In this document: positions 41,934 through 46,031 of the stretch, one piece after another | How the letters are laid out: every line of letters begins with the position of its first letter | How positions within the stretch are numbered: position 1 is the stretch's first letter | Virus record (IMG/VR): IMGVR_UViG_3300025875_000048 | Coordinates: 1 to 46,031 of that record | Source of the DNA: a virus | Lineage: Duplodnaviria; Caudoviricetes | Direction: 5' to 3' (one strand) | DNA: 46,031 nucleotides | The notes under the pieces: generated by a model | The model's database searches: none | What the model was told of the DNA's origin: nothing | What the model saw: the letters and a program-made list of their open reading frames with translations, nothing else | Translations under genes and position numbers: made by a program

Positions 41934-42167
41934 TTAATCCCCTTGGCCTTGCAGGAAGGCAGTGGAAGAAGAGGGCCGGGTGTCAAGTGGCTTTACCCCG
42001 ACGGTGGCGCCGGTAAATACTGGATGGGGCGACCCTTGCCCGTGGTCTGGATATTCGGTTTCCACGTCGAACTTGACAGCGGTGGTGAGGGTGTAGCCTT
42101 TCTCCTGTAGGTAGAGCTGAACGGCTTCTGCTAGTTCTTTTTTGTCGAGGTTGATCGTGGCGTTCAT
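41934..42167 (-). CDS. Hypothetical protein
   Basis: 77 aa ATG ORF in the minus-strand operon. Confidence 0.65.
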   Translation of the reverse strand: MNATINLDKKELAEAVQLYLQEKGYTLTTAVKFDVETEYPDHGQGSPHPVFTGATVGVKPLDTRPSSSTAFLQGQGD

Positions 42168-42218
42168 CGTTCTGGGTGTTTGAGGTTGGTTACTACTGCT
42201 TCTATTGCGGTCAATTCT

Positions 42219-42458
42219 TCAAATACTGGCTAGCCGACGGGCGGCTTCGGCGGCTAAATCTTCGGCGGTGCAATCAAAGGCAAGGCATTGCTTGCTACAC
42301 CATTCTTGCTGCTGACAGGGGCCGCCCTTGCAGACGGAACAGATATCTGGGGAAGGGCCGGTTGGGTAGCCCAATACAGGCCCGAGCAGGTTGATAATCT
42401 CGGCATCCTGTTTGGCGGCGGCCTGTAGAATCCGGTGGTATTCAGCCTCGTAGTTCAT
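42219..42458 (-). CDS. Hypothetical protein with Cys pairs
   Basis: 79 aa ATG ORF. Confidence 0.6.
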   Translation of the reverse strand: MNYEAEYHRILQAAAKQDAEIINLLGPVLGYPTGPSPDICSVCKGGPCQQQEWCSKQCLAFDCTAEDLAAEAARRLASI

Positions 42459-42467
42459 GGCTTTCGA

Positions 42468-42779
42468 TTAAGATTGAACTGGAATACCCAACGCCGCCGC
42501 CGCGTGAACCAACCCACGGGCTTGCTCTAATGACAGGCCGTGCGAAACGAATCTCATTCCCGAACACCCCGGCCACGTAGTCACGGCACAAGCGGGTCGT
42601 AGGATAGATTCGCGTTGGTCGTCGGCGCGCTTTTCATTGCTACGCTTATTCGTGACCTGTGACGCATCTTCTTTCGTTGGTGGGGAAACCATAGGGGCAA
42701 CCGGCTTTGGTGCGCGTGGTGGTATGCTGGAAGTGTTTTTACGGGCTAAGTCGGCTGCACTCCATCGGGCGCTTGTCAT
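42468..42779 (-). CDS. Hypothetical protein
   Basis: ATGA overlap with the upstream gene. Confidence 0.55.
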   Translation of the reverse strand: MTSARWSAADLARKNTSSIPPRAPKPVAPMVSPPTKEDASQVTNKRSNEKRADDQRESILRPACAVTTWPGCSGMRFVSHGLSLEQARGLVHAAAALGIPVQS

Positions 42780-43039
42780 AGCTGATTGAATTGCGTGTCG
42801 AGTTCGAGGATGGTTACCCGGGTTTTATCACACCAGGCTTGCAGGGCCATCCATACTATCCCGGCGGGCAACTCCCCAGAGGGGCCGTCCTTGCCGCCGC
42901 GCTGCACAAACAGCATCGGGTTCTGCGTGCCATTGCCGCCCACACGATTCATCACACCCTTGACTTCCTCCACTGTTCGTTGCAGCGAGTCGCGTCTTTC
43001 CCGGTTTTGCTTGGCTTGCAGGTAAAGGGTTTCATCCAT
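42776..43039 (-). CDS. Hypothetical coiled-coil protein
   Basis: Likely start MDETLYLQAK. Confidence 0.6.
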   Translation of the reverse strand: MDETLYLQAKQNRERRDSLQRTVEEVKGVMNRVGGNGTQNPMLFVQRGGKDGPSGELPAGIVWMALQAWCDKTRVTILELDTQFNQL

Positions 43040-43232
43040 TACCTCCTCCTTCCCTTGCAGCAAACCCTTTGCAGTTGGCGTTGTGGTAGTCGCCAAACAC
43101 CTTCACCAACTCCAACACCATTTCAAAGCTGGCGGGCTGGGAGTAGGCCAGTTCTTTGCCGCACACCTCGCACTTCCAACGGGCCTCGTCTTCCATCGGC
43201 TTGACGGGTTTGACCATGATGATACTAGCCAT
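43032..43232 (-). CDS. Small zinc-binding hypothetical protein
   Basis: CEVC...H...C; overlaps both neighbours. Confidence 0.55.
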   Translation of the reverse strand: MASIIMVKPVKPMEDEARWKCEVCGKELAYSQPASFEMVLELVKVFGDYHNANCKGFAAREGGGNG

Positions 43233-43650
43233 TGTCTTCGCCCTCCTTTCTCCCAGTACAGGGGGTGAGGCAACCGGGGCAATCCGACGGAGCGACGATC
43301 TCCAAGCCTAGCAGATTGATTGTAGACCGAATAATTGCGTTATGCATATCGATTGCCACATTGACGCCCTGAACGAAATCCGGGCGCTGCATCTCATCGG
43401 ATGGCACGAACGGCTTTTGCACGAGTTGGGGTAGAAACAAGTTAAGCTTCTCCCGTAGCCCTGCTGCTTCCGCCTCTGCGGTGGCCAAAAGTGCGTGTGT
43501 GGCTGCTAATTCGCCAACAATGTGCTTATAGGCTTCTCGGGCGCAGAACTCGCGGTCCTCTAACTTCTCAGCATTCAGGCTGGCATTGTACCAGTACCTT
43601 GCCGATGCCGGAACTATGTCGGCTTGGGCTTCTTTGGGGTTATCTTCCAT
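43225..43650 (-). CDS. Hypothetical protein
   Basis: Likely start MEDNPKEAQ. Confidence 0.6.
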   Translation of the reverse strand: MEDNPKEAQADIVPASARYWYNASLNAEKLEDREFCAREAYKHIVGELAATHALLATAEAEAAGLREKLNLFLPQLVQKPFVPSDEMQRPDFVQGVNVAIDMHNAIIRSTINLLGLEIVAPSDCPGCLTPCTGRKEGEDNG

Positions 43651-43688
43651 AAGAGATGAGCAGTAATGGAATTGATGGGATAAGGAGA

Positions 43689-43723
43689 TAAAAGAGGCCA
43701 GCAACAAGGCTACTGGCCTCTTT
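43689..43723. terminator. Terminator-like hairpin
   Basis: AAAGAGGCCAG/CTGGCCTCTTT 11-bp stem between genes. Confidence 0.6.
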
Positions 43724-43725
43724 GC

Positions 43726-44073
43726 CTATTGCACACTGTCGCTTCTGGCGGCAGTTTCAGGGAAGAGCTGTTTGCCCAGCTCTTCTATTTCGGTTGTCAA
43801 GGATAGATCGTGTCCAAAGCGCAAATCCTTTGGCTCCATTAGCCGAACCCCAGCTTCGTACAAGGCATACCCTAGCAACAAGGCCTCATCCTGACTGCCC
43901 ACGTAAGCCAAGAAGGCGGTGTAGTTGCCTCTCGTGTATTCGTGCGCTATACCCCAGGGTGCCCCCCAAGTGCATATTGCGTCGCCATGCGCGTAGGGGT
44001 GCTGCGTTAGAACTTGCCGACAAAGCAGGGTTTGTTCTCCTAAAGCGATGCAGATAGGAGCTAGTCGTATCAT
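43726..44073 (-). CDS. Hypothetical protein
   Basis: 115 aa ATG ORF. Confidence 0.55.
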   Translation of the reverse strand: MIRLAPICIALGEQTLLCRQVLTQHPYAHGDAICTWGAPWGIAHEYTRGNYTAFLAYVGSQDEALLLGYALYEAGVRLMEPKDLRFGHDLSLTTEIEELGKQLFPETAARSDSVQ

Positions 44074-44128
44074 GGTAAGTAGGGTTGCTTATAGCGGGGC
44101 GAGGTGTCTTCCATTGGGGGAGAGGGGG

Positions 44129-44626
44129 CTAGGATTCGGTGTAAGGGGTGAGCGGGGGCAGATAGGCCAGATTGGCCTGCTTCATACCCTGCATGTGGCG
44201 TAAGGCGGCTTCTTTCTGGCCTTCATCCAAGGCGCAGAAGTATTCAATGCACTTTTGCAGGTCGCCGCTGATCGTATTGAAGTAGTCGACGTCATGCGCC
44301 TGAAAATCCGTCATCAGGGCTTTGGTCAGCTTTTCCACATGCGCCAGCGTGACCCCGATCTGGCGTTTGGCTTCTTTCTTGGCAACTCCCAGGTAGGAGA
44401 TTTGCCGAACCGTGTAGTCGAGCGTGAAGGCGGCGGCGGCCATGCCCTCGATTAAACTACCGGCCCGCTGGCGTTTTTCGGGATCCAGGCTATCCGACGG
44501 GCGGGGCCGGTAGACATGCAGGTAGCCCGCGGGCTTGGTGCGTAGGGCGGTGGTGACTGGCACGGCTACGGCGGTGGGTTGGGGAGCAAGGGGGCCTAAG
44601 CCTAGAGAGGTGAGGGGGTTATTCAT
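44129..44626 (-). CDS. Hypothetical protein
   Basis: 165 aa ATG ORF. Confidence 0.7.
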   Translation of the reverse strand: MNNPLTSLGLGPLAPQPTAVAVPVTTALRTKPAGYLHVYRPRPSDSLDPEKRQRAGSLIEGMAAAAFTLDYTVRQISYLGVAKKEAKRQIGVTLAHVEKLTKALMTDFQAHDVDYFNTISGDLQKCIEYFCALDEGQKEAALRHMQGMKQANLAYLPPLTPYTES

Positions 44627-44647
44627 GGTGGGGAGGGTTAGAAGTGA

Positions 44648-45049
44648 TTATTTGCGCGGGCCTTGACCCAAATAATCCAGCGCGTATGTTGGTTTGCCGG
44701 TTTCGAACATGCGCAAGGCAATCGTAATCCGACCTTCCAGCTTCTTGGCTTGCTGGGTTTTCTCTCCTGCCTCGTAGTAAAGTGCCTGCGCCATCAGGCG
44801 GGTTTTCTCAATCGCCTCTGCCAGTTCAGCGGGCAACTCTGAAGGGGTGCGCTTGATAAAATCTGTTACCGGCCTGCCCAGCCACTCGCAGACGTGCAGC
44901 AGGGTTTGCACGTCGGGCATGGCCTCTCGCTCCAATCGGGAAAGCGTAGATACCGACACGCCGGGTATTTCAGGGGCTATCTCTCGCAGTGAACGAGGGC
45001 CACGGGTGGTACGCAGGGCATCAGCAAGGGCGCGGGCTTGGTAGTTCAT
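44648..45049 (-). CDS. XRE-family HTH transcriptional regulator
   Basis: SLREIAPEIPGVSVSTLSRLERE.MPDVQTLL.VC.WL. Confidence 0.85.
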   Translation of the reverse strand: MNYQARALADALRTTRGPRSLREIAPEIPGVSVSTLSRLEREAMPDVQTLLHVCEWLGRPVTDFIKRTPSELPAELAEAIEKTRLMAQALYYEAGEKTQQAKKLEGRITIALRMFETGKPTYALDYLGQGPRK

Positions 45050-45090
45050 CTTGGAGGAAGGGAGTAGTAGGGAGGAAAAGGAGAAAAGGG

Positions 45091-45441
45091 TTAGCAGTCG
45101 TCTCGGAAGTCAGGCAGGACAGCTAGTTGCGCGGCTGATATTTCGCCGTCGCGCACATCTAGTAGTCTCCCCTTGCCAGCCCCGTAATCTTCAATAATGG
45201 ATTCCGTGGTGTGGTGACGGGCTTCTGATAATTCGATAATCAGCATACCGCCTTCGAATTCGTAGTAGCGGGCGGCTACCATTTGAGTAGTGCTCATACT
45301 TGTTGGGGTTGGTTTTGAATTGCGAATCGCGGCTGCTAGGAGATTTTGATACCGGACTTGCCGTTGGAGTTCCACCGTTTGGGCTTGGAGTTCTACTACT
45401 TGGGCTTGTAGGTGGTGGCAGGTGGGACAGGTAGGGGTCAT
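45091..45441 (-). CDS. Hypothetical protein
   Basis: ATGA overlap with the upstream gene; start uncertain. Confidence 0.55.
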   Translation of the reverse strand: MTPTCPTCHHLQAQVVELQAQTVELQRQVRYQNLLAAAIRNSKPTPTSMSTTQMVAARYYEFEGGMLIIELSEARHHTTESIIEDYGAGKGRLLDVRDGEISAAQLAVLPDFRDDC

Positions 45442-45842
45442 GGCATCGCAAAAAGTGTCGGGCCGTGCTTGGCGACCAGCGCGTGAAGCGCATCCGAAAA
45501 GGTTTTAAACTCATCCATTCGGCCATCTTCCAGCCAATCTGTGCCCTCGGTTATATCCGTGAGTTCTTCTAAATGCGCCATAGTTCGATTCCAGAGATAG
45601 TCGCGCTCTAAAGCCTTTGTTGGGTCGGCTTCTTTGGGGATAAGCGAGTAGACAACCGTGTTTTTATTGTTGGTCACAATGATGTCGCCATCGTCATAAG
45701 CCTCGTAATCCACTAGCTCTTTGTTGCTAAGCATGGCGTGGCTGGTTTTCTTGTCAGCGTATTCCACCGTCTGAATAGTAGCCGTATCGGCCTCTAGGTC
45801 AATGCGGGTTATCTTATCTCCGGGCTTGAGGTGCTTTTTCAT
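45438..45842 (-). CDS. Hypothetical protein
   Basis: 134 aa ATG ORF. Confidence 0.7.
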   Translation of the reverse strand: MKKHLKPGDKITRIDLEADTATIQTVEYADKKTSHAMLSNKELVDYEAYDDGDIIVTNNKNTVVYSLIPKEADPTKALERDYLWNRTMAHLEELTDITEGTDWLEDGRMDEFKTFSDALHALVAKHGPTLFAMP

Positions 45843-45886
45843 ATCAGCTTTTATGTTTGGGAGTGTAGTAGGTGGGGGTTGTAGGG

Positions 45887-46030
45887 TCAGAAAGCGGGTT
45901 TGCGAATAGAAGCGGGGTCGTTGTCGAAATCCGACTTAGGTAAGGCGCGGAAAGCGTTGGCCTGGCTTGGTTCGGGCGGGGGCATGTTGGTTTTGCCGCC
46001 GCTGTCCCGGTAGCGTTGCACTACTTTGGG
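45887..46030 (-). CDS. 3' end of a gene truncated by the window edge (possibly a replication protein tail)
   Basis: Open frame ...NAFRALPKSDFDNDPASIRKPAF*; acidic/PF-type tail; identity uncertain. Confidence 0.45.
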   Translation of the reverse strand, partial: PKVVQRYRDSGGKTNMPPPEPSQANAFRALPKSDFDNDPASIRKPAF

Positions 46031-46031
46031 G

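Larger units (their letters stand above)
1..46031. mobile_element. Temperate tailed phage (siphovirus) genome segment, apparently excised/attP form; Bacteroidota host inferred
   Basis: Integrase, repressor, lysis, tail, HK97-type head and terminase genes; phage-like genes on both sides of the integrase; no recognisable host housekeeping genes. Confidence 0.95.

Overview
The window is most of a temperate siphovirus genome. The host is inferred to be a high-GC Bacteroidota member, probably Hymenobacter-like Cytophagales, from TTTG-N19/20-TAnnTTTG promoters, a Bacteroidota-type tyrosine integrase, a DUF4468-like gene and SprB-like repeats. From left to right it holds: an HNH-like gene; a cro/cI switch with face-to-face promoters; an apparently intact attP (tRNA 3'-end-like core, terminator, arm repeats) and integrase; an accessory island rich in non-coding RNA signals (about 3.1-5.8 kb); the lysis cassette; tail appendage genes with glycoside hydrolase, deacetylase and O-acetylesterase domains; tape measure and tail genes with a -1 frameshift chaperone; an HK97-type head module split by about 4.3 kb of accessory genes; terminases; and small early/middle genes. 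The replication module lies outside the window. The most notable signal is a promoter-repeat-spacer-repeat-terminator unit (3711-3851, minus strand) built from type I-B-like CRISPR repeats, with no cas genes in the window. It lies between an Acr-candidate gene and a small DNA-binding gene and next to a degenerate tRNA and two further candidate structured RNAs. A perfect 21-bp box also defines four late promoters. All family assignments come from motif recognition by eye; no database searches were run.
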